Assembly: GCA_964016885.1 (NCBI GenBank)
Contig: OZ024746.1
Span: 66,278,001 to 66,342,000, forward strand
DNA: 64,000 bases
Source: Eledone cirrhosa
Lineage: Eukaryota
Direction: 5' to 3'
Part shown: piece by piece, positions 29,498 to 42,290 of the stretch
Numbering within the stretch: the stretch's first letter is position 1
How the letters are laid out: every line of letters begins with the position of its first letter
Program-made: the position numbers and the translations under genes
Notes under the pieces: generated by a model
Database searches by the model: none
What the model was told of the DNA's origin: nothing
What the model saw: only the letters and a program-made list of their open reading frames with translations

Positions 29498-29551
<54 letters not shown>

Positions 29552-29557
<6 letters not shown>

Positions 29558-29927
29558 TATTAAAAAAATAATGAATAAACAAAGAAACAGTTCCTTATAT
29601 TAAACAAAAAAAGTTCATTATTTTACGATCGTTTCTAGGACATATATGTGTTAGAATTGGTATGCATATTCAAAAGATCTATGTACAAAATTATACAAAC
29701 TATAAGAGGGAATACCTTCACATATATATGCTGTCTAGACAGCATATATATGTGAAGGTATGTATATTCCCTCTGATAGTTTGTATAATTGTGTACATAG
29801 ATCTTTTGAATATGCATACCAATTCTAACACATATATGTCCTAGAAACGATCGTAAAATAATGAACGTTTTTTGTTTAATATAAGGAACTGTTTCTTTGT
29901 TTATTCATTATTTTTTTAATAATTTAT
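29552..29927. repeat. Spacer-less palindrome, about 185-bp arms, made of the 8.3-kb hammerhead family
   Basis: Centre gctgtct|agacagc at 29736/29737. The right arm matches about 8312..8490 and includes GAAAC-gatc-GTA-aaataatgaa. Confidence 0.95.
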
Positions 29928-30060
29928 CTTGACTCTGTTTTCCGTTTATCTTCCACCGAATGTATTTTTTGAATGCATCTCTTCTTTTCATGATATCCGG
30001 ATTACATTGAGTTATTCATACGGATTGGACACTACCGTAAACCTTTGGTAGATTTATCTA

Positions 30061-30097
<37 letters not shown>

Positions 30098-30736
30098 TAG
30101 CATACACGACAAATAAAGAAAAGAAGTGTTAATGTATGTACTGTTTACGATTTTCGATTAGAAAATATGATATATCAAGAGTAATTGTAATAATTTGAAA
30201 TTGAAATACCAGTTTACATGTAATTATTATTTAAATTTGAAGTATGTTTCAAAATTGTATATTTACTATAACAGATACAAAAAGAATAAGTAAGTATACA
30301 AACCGAAGAAATATACCCCTTTAAATTTGGTCAGCCCTACTACTCCACTGTTATATAAGGTAATTCGCCTCTGAACTCACGTCTATTCTCATTTCTCCAT
30401 CTCTTTACATTCATCAATAATCACTCGCACATCACTAGTATTAAATAACTTGTGTATGTATTAGCTGCAAATGATCGGCTACGTCTATATCTAAGGTGAC
30501 CTACATTACCCCTTCACAAGGTGAAATAGCGGCGAGTTATTTTCATTACAATCTGCATGTGTCGTCTGCTCCACCGAGAATTTGTGGACCTCCGAGTACT
30601 AGTTCAAGTCATCAGACAAACACATATATTTATGCTCTACAACTTTTTTCCAGTACTTTTTCTTTAGTTCGTTGCAAACAATACATATACACGCACAGAC
30701 ATATGCACACTCACACGCGCACACACACACATACAT

Positions 30737-30808
<72 letters not shown>

Positions 30809-30933
30809 GTGTTTTTGTGTGTTTGTGTGTGCGTGTGTGTCCAAAAAATGTATACACATTTCAACAGCGTTCTAATAAATCTTGCCTGTATAGTTAGTCA
30901 AAGTGAATATGCATTTTTATTTTGGGGGGGGGG

Positions 30934-31020
<87 letters not shown>

Positions 31021-31023
<3 letters not shown>

Positions 31024-31290
31024 CGCGTGGCCAATGTCGTCATCGAAATATGTATCACAGAATACCAATAAAAGACTTTAACATCTGAAACTACTTCGCA
31101 TTTTCTTATTCTCTCTCTGAGAAGTAGTTTCAGATGTTAAAATCCTTTATTGATAAGGCTGTGATACATATTTTGATGTCGACATTGGCCACGTGATTTC
31201 GCGTACCTAGTGCCATACTCTCATCAGACAGCTTCTTACATAATACGGTTACTTTCCCCAGGCAATCCAAATTGAAACGACATTGAACGG
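31021..31290. mobile_element. Fragment of the 57.8-59.4 kb hammerhead family, with convergent (tail-to-tail) inverted arms
   Basis: 31021..31097 is the reverse complement of 31121..31198. gaagtagtttcagatgtt...tcatcagacagcttcttacataat is homologous to 57799..57960. Confidence 0.85.
31158..31232 (-). ncRNA. Type I hammerhead motif (GAAA mutated to AAAA)
   Basis: Minus strand: gctgt-CTGATGA-gagtatggcactagg...ccaatgtcgacatc-AAAA-tatgta-TC-acagc. The inverted partial copy at about 31030-31060 retains cGAAAtatgtaTCacag. Confidence 0.65.
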
Positions 31291-33421
31291 ACAAAGATGA
31301 TGTTCTCGAAGCCTTCTATAAGGGTGTGTATATTTTAAACAACATGTAAAACGAAAGATATGTTAAATGAATGATTATTTTGGAGATGAATTTCAAATGT
31401 TTCCGTATATAAGGAATGATTAATGTTGAACAAATTCATCCTTTACCCCAATATGAACGTAGTTTCATCATATATTGGTTGTTGCATATGATTTCATACA
31501 GCTACAGTTTACATAGTTTAGATTCACAACTCTATTTTGATTGAAATAAAGAGTTATTTATGTAAATCAGCTATGCATTCTAGTGTCCAATATCATATTT
31601 CCAACTTTAATATACTGCAATAGATGCATGCTTCTAAACTACACATTGATGACGTATTCTAGTGAAGAATTTCACATAAATATCTTATCAATTTATAATC
31701 ATATACCTCTGTAGCTATAAAGTGATCATTATGATATAAATTTGAAACAGTAGATTCCAAGACCTCTATTGATGAAATCAGCATAAGGATTGGGTCCGGT
31801 CGGTTTGGTATAACTAATACAAATTCACATCACCATCAATGGCCTTAGATTTTAGGGGTCAAGTTATGCTAGATATCCATCGCAACAACAATAACTGTAT
31901 ATAACATATTTTCATGACAATTAATTCCAAATAAATTTAATATTTTTTTTAAAAATATGTAATATTCTATGGGCAAAGTTTAATACACATTTTGAAGCAC
32001 AGGCTCTGAAAGGGAATACTGGCAGTTCCTTCTAAACGCAGTAAAGGAATTGGAACATGCTCGAAATGCTAATATGACTGCACACTCAATTTCGAGTAGA
32101 ATTTAACTTTGAACGAATTTGACGTTATACATACAGTATATAGCCTGAATAAAAGAGTGACATGTAAAAGCTTTGTAACTCTACCGAACAAATTAGCAAA
32201 TTATTTACACCCAAAACAGCGAGAAAATATGTTGAAAACCCAACGGAAATTATCTCTATCCAGACAAATTAAGTAGAGAGGTCACTGAAGCTGTTAATTA
32301 AATAGGCCGAAAAGAAATATACAAGATTACATAATATCTCCGTTTGAAAAATCATTTAAATTGTCTTATTTCTTAATATATCTTTTTTTATGAAAAGCAT
32401 TCGAATATATGTAATGAATAAATTGAATCCCCAAACTGCAAATCTCTAAACAAAATTGCGAAAAAGCATTCCTATTTCAATACATTTAAGTAATCCATAT
32501 TTCTATCTCGATTTTATAACCCGAAATATAAACATGTTTAGATTTTATCATTCCGTATAGTTACATGTACAATAAATGATTATTATACGTAACTCTAATA
32601 TTTATGTCTTCGGATGCATTGGATGTTGCTGATAAACTAATTTTTCAAACAAAATATATCATATGTTTCTGAACGTACAACCGATTTTATCATATCTCAG
32701 ACATTTTATAAATGTATAGGCTCCTATGTCGTCATTTTCTAGTCAGAATGGTTTGATTCCATGTAATAAATGTATGCTGCATAATTTCCGACAGCAGCTA
32801 TTATTGTTGTTTACCAATGTTAGGTTTCCAGAAACCAATATTTGGATTTGCTTAAATAGGGTTTTATGCTTCCGATTATATTCATTTGCGTCAGCAAAAT
32901 AGCAAATTGTGTTTATGAATTAGTATTTAAGAATGATACAATCTGGGAAACAGGATAATCAAAGTTTCCTATTCATCTGCTGTCAAGAGATTAGAAGAGA
33001 ATTGAAAAATATGTACATGCATGTACGAATTCCTCATTATTACTTTTATAGGGTACATCATAGGATATACTGTCTAGGGTTTTCCGTTTTATGCAAAAGT
33101 CACGGTATTAATATATCAAGATATAATACATTCTTCTCAATTTCCGTTTTGTATGGAGGATGCCAGTAATATAACAGTTTTTCATGACAAGAAATTTTAA
33201 GTGTTATTTAATACTTCATCGTTTCTGGTAAGAGGGCGACTGAGCGAGACTGAATGACAGAGAAATAAATAGACAGATACATAGAAACGAAATCAGTAAT
33301 TTGATAAAGGGAAACCATTCCTTCGGTGGGAATTCATATCAGTACACAACAGATAGCCACAAGAATTTCCACAAAGCATTTTATGTGATGCTCTACTGAT
33401 ACTGCCATTTTATCTTCTAAA

Positions 33422-33529
33422 TAATTGTTTCTACGTTAGGCACAAGGCCAGCAATTACCCAGTGTATTATTGGTACTTTATTTAATCGACCCCGTAAGGA
33501 TGAAAGGCAAAGGTAACCTCGGCGGGATT
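33422..33529 (-). mobile_element. Nin/Deu-domain SINE, 5'-truncated
   Basis: Homologous to the 3' half of 27608..27797. Confidence 0.88.
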
Positions 33530-34350
33530 AACTTTGTCTTCTAAATAATGTGGACCAATAAAGAAACTATTTTCCCGCATGTTTTGTAAAATATTGAGTA
33601 TTTCTGAAGAAATGCATTATTGAAATTCTACATTAAAAAATATCAATGTCCAATTGTTGACTGAACTAAAGATATAATGCGTCAAGTTTTATCAATAATT
33701 GTTTCACAATATATTTATGTTTACAAAAAAACTGACCAAGGTTGAAATTTGGAATATATTTGATTTTAGTGTCAACAATTTCGACAAATGATATCTTATA
33801 TATAATGACGTGTTTATGTAATGGTTGTCGGTTTCAGATAAATTCAAATAAAGTGTGCATTTGCTTCTATATAATTTGAGGAATAAAATAATATTTAGTA
33901 AAATGTACATTATACACACACAACACACAGACACAGACACACACGCACACACACACACATACACACACACAAGGCGCAAGGATATATAAATATATATAAA
34001 TGTGAGTGTATCTCTATAATTGTATGTATGTATAGGAAGTGGGATGATATATAAATCTTTATACACAAAACCTATATCTGTTTTCACGACGAATAGGCAA
34101 CGTTTCATTCAACAGAACTGCCTGCTCGTTGAATGACATTGAAGAGGCTGACAAGTCTAATCACGTGTTTCCTTAACGTCATCTTATGCTAGAACCATCC
34201 TGACACAACATGTGAACTCGTTGAAATCCACGGATAGTCCTCATTTCTAAAGTTTCCTTCTTGAAGCTTGTCTTGCCTGTCCCTGTGCTACATGACGCTC
34301 ACTCTAAGTGCCAGGCTTAGATATCAAATATAATTTACTTTGAATAATTG

Positions 34351-34540
34351 ATTGTTTCTACTTTAGGCACAAGGCCAGCAATTATCCCAGTGCATTACTG
34401 GTACTTTATTTTATCGACCCCGTAAGGATGAAAGGCAAAGTTAACCTCGGCGGGATTTGAACTCAGATCATAAAGGGACGTAACTATGCTGGAAAGCATG
34501 GCGTCCGACCCTCTACCGATACTGCCAATCAACCGCCCTT
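34351..34540 (-). mobile_element. Nin/Deu-domain SINE, full length
   Basis: Reverse complement of the 27608..27797 family, with A and B boxes. Confidence 0.92.
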
Positions 34541-35871
34541 TGAATAATTAATTATCTACTACGATATTTTGAAAGAATCTTCATTTGCCTATACTCTTTA
34601 CGTTTATTTACAGAGAAATTTCCATAAGTTAATATGAGAGAAGTGAATACATACTGCCGTTCCAAACCTTGGGCAATACAGTTATTTATCTTGATTATCA
34701 AGTGATAAATGCTTGTTAGAGTAGTTGTATGCACAGAAATGTGGATGTGAAACAGTAGAGATGAAGAGAAAATGGAGGCTAAGTAGGCTACATCAACAAC
34801 AAAACAACAACAATAGCATCAGCAACATCATGATAAACGTCCAGTAACTACACAAATAACAGTATCAATAATAACACAAGCGAAATTACAGTTTAATGAT
34901 CGGCACACCACCGTTTTGCCACATTACCTATTGGTGAGGAATGTCAATTCTGACAAACGTCTTTTTCACAGAAACATAAGATATGATTGACTAAAACATG
35001 GTTACTCTCGTCATATGGAAATTATGTGGACAGCAAATTTAACAAAATCAATTTCAAGTATCTCATTGTTTGATGTCGATATGTATCCAAATAAATACCA
35101 AGCATTCCTTTCGAAATGAGAGAAACGATGCTCTATACACATGGACGCCTGTGTAGATTTGTGTTCATATATAATTCCACATTGTCTAAATTTTATCCAT
35201 ATCTATTATATACCTCACTGAATGTTATGCAACGTTTATAACATGTTTTTGTTCTAGATTCAATATATATCTGTATGTAGATCTATATTTGAATTGGGAA
35301 GAACGCTTCATTAACGAGTATGTGATTTTATTTTTGAAGCACAATAAACTGAACATAACTAGATGGAACACAATTCATAGCATTCTTTTCACAATCTATT
35401 TGCAATGGCATATGGTACCAAAATTCAAGAAAAGTTCCTAATATGCCACACCATTCTTCCACTTATAGAGATGAAGTTAACGACCTGGAAACATATTATA
35501 TGTGTAAGAAAGACAGGAATTCCTATTTTCTCAAATCAATTGTTCATTTCAATTCACATGAAATAATTATTTTCTCAAAGACATGTTCTCACACGTTCAT
35601 TTTACAAAAGCACATAGGTTACCTACACATCCTGCAATTTTTATGTGTATACGTTTCATCATCGGGTTGGTTATTTTATACCAGCGTCAGCCTCTTTCAA
35701 GGCATTAGTCAGTTGTATATCATGGAAGTGTAACGAATTCATGTATACTGCTGCTTTTTCATAGATATTGACTTAACATTGATTCAGAATTGCAGGATTA
35801 CTCCCGGGTATATATATGCAAATGCAAACATAATTGCATAAATGCAAACACACACACACGGATATATATAT

Positions 35872-35910
<39 letters not shown>

Positions 35911-35956
35911 ATGAAATAGGGTGTGCTTCTTGGTCATAATAATTTCTATACTTTTC

Positions 35957-36003
<47 letters not shown>

Positions 36004-36007
36004 TACT

Positions 36008-36089
<82 letters not shown>

Positions 36090-37663
36090 TATGTGTGTGT
36101 GTGTGGGTGGGGTGCGTGTGTGGGTGCGTGTGTGTGTGTTTGTATGCGGGCGAGATTCTTATGTATTAAATTATTGAAAATATATGCACGGAAAATCCAT
36201 ATATCGTATTCACAGAAACATATTGTATTTCCTTATATGATTAAATCGTATATGATTCAACGCTTGCATTGTTTTTAGGTTTCTCGTCAGTAGAATAAGT
36301 TAAGCTCTCACATGAGAGATTAGAGTTTATTCAATGTTAATTTATTTTCAGTTCTATAGTGTCTCCGATGAGAAAGACCCAACAACTTAATGTATTCAGA
36401 ACGCGCCAGCTTTGCTGCTAATAGATATATGTGTTATACATATAACACTAAAACGACCATGTTCTTTTAACGCAGTGAACATTAATTACTGACAAGAAAT
36501 ATGCCAGTGACGAAATAGATAAGATTATTTACAGTAGTATCATTTGTAAAATGTATAAATAGATATTTTAGAATACAATAAAATAATAGTGTATTTGGAT
36601 GTTCAATATTTTTAAGTTGATTACAATAAATTCCAAAACAAATTCATATCAAAGCATGATTGAAAGCGATATTAAATCCTTAATATTATTGAAATTTAGA
36701 TTTCATACGAATCTTGAATTACTGATTTAGTTTACAGAATTGCTGAATAAAAAGTTCTCAAGTGTTATTGATTCCACATTATATAATGAATGGTTTCAAA
36801 TTAATAGTTTGAAATCGGGGAATAATACTCCAATAGTATTGAATAACAAAGGTAGGAGTTAAATCAAAAACGATAATATAATTTTCTATTAATCCACTAG
36901 CAGTTTACGCCTGATTTAATAAATCATTAAATATATTATTCATATTTTTAGTCTCTTAGTTAATCAGATGTAATAAGATGGACGTATATATCTTCATGAT
37001 TTTCATTTTAGTCTGTGCTGGTTCCGCATCTGGTGAATAATTCATACTTCTTTCTTATTATGTAAGCGTGGGTTGCTATATGTTATATGTGCAGATTCTA
37101 CCGGTTAAATCATTGTATTTTTTAACCAAGTTTCTTACATCACGAGGAATAGTATATGTATTATCATACATCAGTACTGTTGTGGTTCTATTTATGCCAT
37201 GTCCACTCTATTGATGTTGTCTACATTCAAAGGAAAGGGTTTCTCATAGGAAAATAAACATCATAGCTTGGTGTGTGGTGTGTATGCACGCTTAAGCACA
37301 TGTTATATGTGTACAAATATATATGTGTGGATATGTCTATTTTCAGTTCTGTATATGTAATCAAATATAAGATCAGCTGTATATAAGTGTGCTTATAGAG
37401 ATTTTATATGTAACATTTTTGGAATGTATATTAATAGCCAATAGTTCGTTAATGGATTGATATTTACTTTCATAATTAATCATATTCTTTCTGGCATGGG
37501 GAAGCATTAATATAAAACTAAAATCTACGTGTAATGACATCAAATTTCACGTTTGATTGGCAAAGATCATTTTTTTCACTAATATCTAGCCAGTGTGTTT
37601 GAAGTGATGGTTATATATGTGTATTCCTGTGATTATATATATATATATCTATATATCTATATA

Positions 37664-37707
<44 letters not shown>

Positions 37708-37800
37708 GGAAAAGCGGACGTAAAATGATGATGATGATATATATATATATAGTAAAAGAATGAAGGATAAGATGGTCGGCTGTACAATAGGGTTTATTTA

Positions 37801-37913
37801 CAGTATTAACAATTGTTTCTTTAATCAGGTGAATCTAAAAGCCGCTGGTCGTTAGATGTTACGTCACTCGACCTTAATTACAGTCCATACCCGATCACAT
37901 CGTTAGAATACTG
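37801..37913 (-). ncRNA. Type I hammerhead motif with about 80-nt stem II domain (G5 mutated to A)
   Basis: Minus strand: cagtatt-CTAACGA-tgtgatcgggt...acctgattaaa-GAAAC-aatt-GTT-aatactg. Stem I is a perfect 7 bp and loop 3 is palindromic. The host segment 37752..38005 lies between TA tracts. Confidence 0.7.
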
Positions 37914-38022
37914 TTGAGTCAAACATTGCCGTACGTTAAAACTATCCTCGACACAGAGTACTCACAAGCTCTAGCAGGATTACCTTAAAGGATACTTTGT
38001 TATCCTATATATATATATATAC

Positions 38023-38636
38023 AGCCTGGAAATATCCAAGACCCCCAGTAGACAACTGATGTAGAAAACTCCCACACCGTTTCTTGCTTTCTTCTTATTC
38101 TCACTCCATTTTAAGCTAACTTAACTAGTAACTACACAGCCAATCCTATTCTCCATATATTTTATCATGTTTCTCTGTGACCAGTCTTATCTCTCCTTCT
38201 ACCTACCTATTTCGTTACTATCTACTCTTACCCCTCTTTCTTCCTCTCCTTTTCTCCCTCACAATTTCACTCATCCTCTCTCTGTGAGCCACCCTATTGT
38301 TTCCCTCGCCTGACCCTCTAGCAGTCCTTTTCACACAAAGCTAGCTGGGGACAGACGTGTCTTTTCGCACGCCCACACGCTCTTGAACTTAAATTCACTT
38401 ATCGCTGTGGTCTTGGATTTTCTTTACTTAAGTTGCTCGCACATTGCTCTGTTTGTTGTTGTTTTTTTTTGCTGTTTTCACTTTTCTTCCCTTTTCTCTT
38501 CTACTTCCTTTCTCTCCTCCTCTGTTTTCCCGATAACTTAAAGCTTGGAAATATCCCAGAACCCCAGTAGACAACTGATGAGAAAACTCCCTCCCCTGTT
38601 CTTGCTTTCTTCTTATTCTCACTCTATTTTAAGCTA
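38023..38636. mobile_element. Non-coding element with about 95-bp terminal direct repeats (period 519 bp)
   Basis: 38023..38118 and 38542..38636 are near-identical (agc[c/t]tggaaatatcc...ttttaagcta). Both ends abut (TA)n. Confidence 0.8.
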
Positions 38637-39271
38637 TATATATATATGTGTATATATGCGTGCATATTATATCCATATTACCTATATATGTATGTGAGTA
38701 TTCATGTGTATATATGCTTGTAATTTATTGTGCGTCTATATGTTTACAAATGTGAGTAATTATGCAATACACGTTTGATACGCGAGATGGCGTGTGTTTG
38801 CAATTGTGAAAGTCTCATCGCTTACTATGTAATATCCTGAAAATCCTATAACAATCTAGCATATTTTCGAAACAATAAATTAAGTTTCATCCAAAATTTC
38901 TTTCGCTTAAACCATCTCTTATTTTAAGTAAATTGAATTGTTTTAAAATATGATAGACATTGAAACATTACTCACTACAATTCAAAACGTGAAATATTAA
39001 CTATAAATAACACTTCAAAACCACCTCTGAAAGCAATTGTTAAGCTAAATGAATAATTGAACACTCATTATTATCTTATTGATTTGATTTCACCTAACGA
39101 CGTATTGGCCTCAGTTGAAATGGAAGAGTATTCAAATAGAAAAGGTTGATTTTGATGTAATTTATGCATATTCAAAGTTAAAAATGCTAATTGCTCGTTT
39201 ATAATCATACATAATAACCAACCCACAATACATTCTAAAAATAAACAGCTATCAATCTTACATTGAAATAT

Positions 39272-39381
39272 TATAATTGTTTCTACTTTTGGCACAAGAC
39301 CAGTAATTACCCCAGTGCATTACTGGTACTATATTTTATCGACCCTGTAAGGATGAAAGGCAAAGTTAACCTCGACGGGAT
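39272..39381 (-). mobile_element. Nin/Deu-domain SINE, 5'-truncated
   Basis: Family homology. Confidence 0.88.
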
Positions 39382-39649
39382 GCATTGAAATATTAGAATG
39401 GATGAGATATATTGCAGGAAGGGCGATACGTTTAAATTCTTTGTGAACTATTCACTTTCCAGATAGGTTTTACTACTATAATTCAGAAAAAAGTGCTAGC
39501 ATACGCTATAGAGAGTATTTTAGCAGCTACTCCAAGAAACGTGACCATCACCTTGCATCACTTTGCTAGGCACATAGCATAATAATTAATGGGTGGCTTT
39601 ATAAAGAATGCCATTGTATTTGGAACAATCTCTCTTATCTACCGTTTTG

Positions 39650-40290
39650 AGAATAAAGGTTATCACTCCCGTTCCAATTGCTTAGGGGCCTCTCCAGAGA
39701 CCCAGGTTACTCGGCACACACAAGTTAGCCAGATAAGCCTTCTCTGTTTAAGGCTTTTAACATCTCGTGCCGGACTTCATCCTCCTCAGCGGCCTTGCCA
39801 CATTTGAGCTCTTTAAATGCTGTTGTGACCTCAGCATCCGTGAGATTAATCACCGTTCCCAGATACACCTCGTGCACAGCAGAAATACTCTTGTGATCGG
39901 GCTCAGGATATAAGGAAAGTATTCTCTCCACCACATGAGGATGAACCCCTTGGCGCTTTCTTGATAGCAGATGTATAGGAAATATTCTTACGACGAACTC
40001 TGTGGAGGGTGAGGGGTGTGCTAATCTGAAGTCAGATTCAAGCTTAAATCCAAAGTCCTTCCACCTAACTTTGGGCGCCTTTACTGTCTCTTCCGCGATT
40101 CTTCGTGCCGGCATTTACCGCAAGTGGAAAGATGTGGATTTACTTCCAAGCCACGATTTGTAGACCTCCTTTGCTCGGATGGCATTCTTGATTTCTTATT
40201 AACCTAAAGGGTCCTCGTGCCATCCGGTGCAACTACCAGCCTCTTTCGCTCGCAACATCTAACAACTAAAGCAGAAACCGCTGAGATGCA
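39650..40290 (-). mobile_element. RTE (Expander/Rex3-like) internal fragment
   Basis: LTDAEVTTAFKELKCGKAAEEDEVRHEMLKALNREGLS is the KAxGxDxI motif just upstream of non-LTR RT. Confidence 0.8.
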
Positions 40291-40489
40291 TAGTCTCTAT
40301 GATGAAAACATGCAATTATAATTGAGAGTCCATCTTTTCCCTATTGAGCAAAATGATTCTCGGTGTAGATCCTACGTATGGAGATGGCAACTTCTTTTTA
40401 ACTTCTCTTTCCCATTTTATGAAAACTTAATCGATAGATATACTTCGAAAATTGGGTATTGTGCAGGTTTTATGGTCTGAAATCGTGGG

Positions 40490-40900
40490 GAAATGATACA
40501 ATAATCACACAGATGGAGAAATAGGAGGCAGTCCTATGGGAAATATTCTTACGACGAAATATTCTTGTTATCACTGATAGACCAATCAAGTAAATAGAAC
40601 CGATATAATTTCGAAGGATCATAAAGAGAAAATAAATGTCTTACTTGACATGAGCATTTTATCAGATCGTAACATCCCCTCCAAAGTTTACGAAGTTTAG
40701 TAAATATAAATAACTATTCAATAAATTTAGAAAATGGGGCATCATAAGGCCTGTACATTACCAGTGATATTTGTTGCACTTAGAATGATGAGAAAAGGAA
40801 AATATTTGGACCAGATACCTAGAAAGCCATCTCTGAAAGAAACACAGAAAAGTGGTGACTGGAACTGTCTATGTCCTGAGACGGGTATTATCAATTTTAA
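40490..40900 (+). mobile_element. R4/Dong-like LINE 3' fragment (restriction-like endonuclease region)
   Basis: Manual translation VITDRPIK*xRTDII...LLDMSILSDRNIPSKVYE...KACTLPVIFVALRMMRKG matches NRPDI..D...EK..KY..PVIxGALG. Confidence 0.7.
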
Positions 40901-41100
40901 TACATTGCAAATACCTTTAGTTGTGTGTGCCCTTCTCGTTTCATTTGTATGACAATTGATTGTAAATTATGAGTATTATCAAATATTGCCTCAGGTGTCA
41001 ACACTGGTGTCAAATGCCGTGCGACAAGCGGACAAAAATAGATGAATAGCTAAGATGAAACAGTCAAGTTATTCCTTCCTTCTAACACAAGTTTCTGTCC

Positions 41101-41158
<58 letters not shown>

Positions 41159-42184
41159 CAATCAGAAATTCAACACCAGAGGCATTGGTAGATCATATAA
41201 TTAAGTAATACTAATTGGCATTGTGAATTAGGAACAATTCAATTTTGTAATCAGAGTAAACACCGAAGAAATTTCCATGTTTAATATTATTCCCTAATAC
41301 TGGGGTCATGTCATGTCAGTATAGCGTGGAGAATTAGAAGAACCGAAACGTGAATTAGATAATATACACTGTATAAAAGCGGTGTCTTCTGAAGCGTTCT
41401 TAGTAATCAAATGCTTTTATTAGTCAGCATATAAATCAACACAATATGAAATAGATATCTAAAGTATCTGTATAGAATTATTTATATATTATCAATGTGA
41501 TCTGTTTCCACCCAGGAGAATACTCACTTATAAGTTATGAATAATAAAAATGATATAATTATGGTAATCTAGTCAGTCACACTTCATACAATAAATAATT
41601 CTATGTCAGTGCAAGACACACAATAAAATAAACTATACAAAAACAAAACACTACTTACAATGTGGAAAATATATCTACCAGATTCTACTTATGTTAAAAG
41701 TAACATTTATGATATAGTTCATATGACATAGACTTCGTGTTCTTGTTCCATCGCATTATAATAATTTATAGCAACAAAGCTTAAGTCGGCTTTTATTTTG
41801 TAACCGATATATTCTACCAAACGATACTAAAATAACTTTCAATGGCTCACATCCCGTACTCAAAACATTATATACAGTAAATGATTGCCCTTATCTCCGA
41901 ATGTGTTGGGCATTTAAAACTAGCAGGTACAGTCCCTCGTTAAATAAAAATAATTCCTTTCAGTGGAAGGTGGGGAAAGAAAAGTAAGGCTTCGTTAATC
42001 GTCTGGTTCTTTATAAATATCGAAATGATAAAAGGCAATGTTATTCTCGGGAGTATTAGAACGAAAATATTCGGAAAGAAACAAATATAGATAAAGCATT
42101 CTAGCGCCACCAATAAATCAAATCCTAATATTAATATTCATTCATAAACAGATATTCTATTGATGGTTGGAATAGCACGTTTCG

Positions 42185-42290
42185 CGATCCAGCTAGGTTA
42201 GTTTGGGACGGTTGCTTCTGATAGGACCTGCTGGGAGGTGCTTGAAGACTCTGCACCCACGACTCTCTCTGAAATAATTGGGCGAAGAAG
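42185..42290 (+). mobile_element. RTE (Expander-like) extreme 3' end fragment
   Basis: Similar to 45150..45230 (ggttgcttctgatagg...ttgaagact...cccacgac). Confidence 0.55.

Larger units (their letters stand above)
29164..29505. repeat. Fold-back palindrome, about 165-bp arms and 9-nt loop, with a hammerhead in each arm
   Basis: Arms 29164..29330 and 29340..29505 are reverse complements with scattered substitutions. Confidence 0.95.

Noticed and set aside
29635-29844. Near-identical ORFs on opposite strands (also 57825..58085 versus 59100..59324)
   Set aside because: A by-product of the DNA palindromes. The peptides have no recognisable motifs.
30540-30625. Minus-strand CTGATGA...GAAA
   Set aside because: No stem I complement or UH triplet in the right place.
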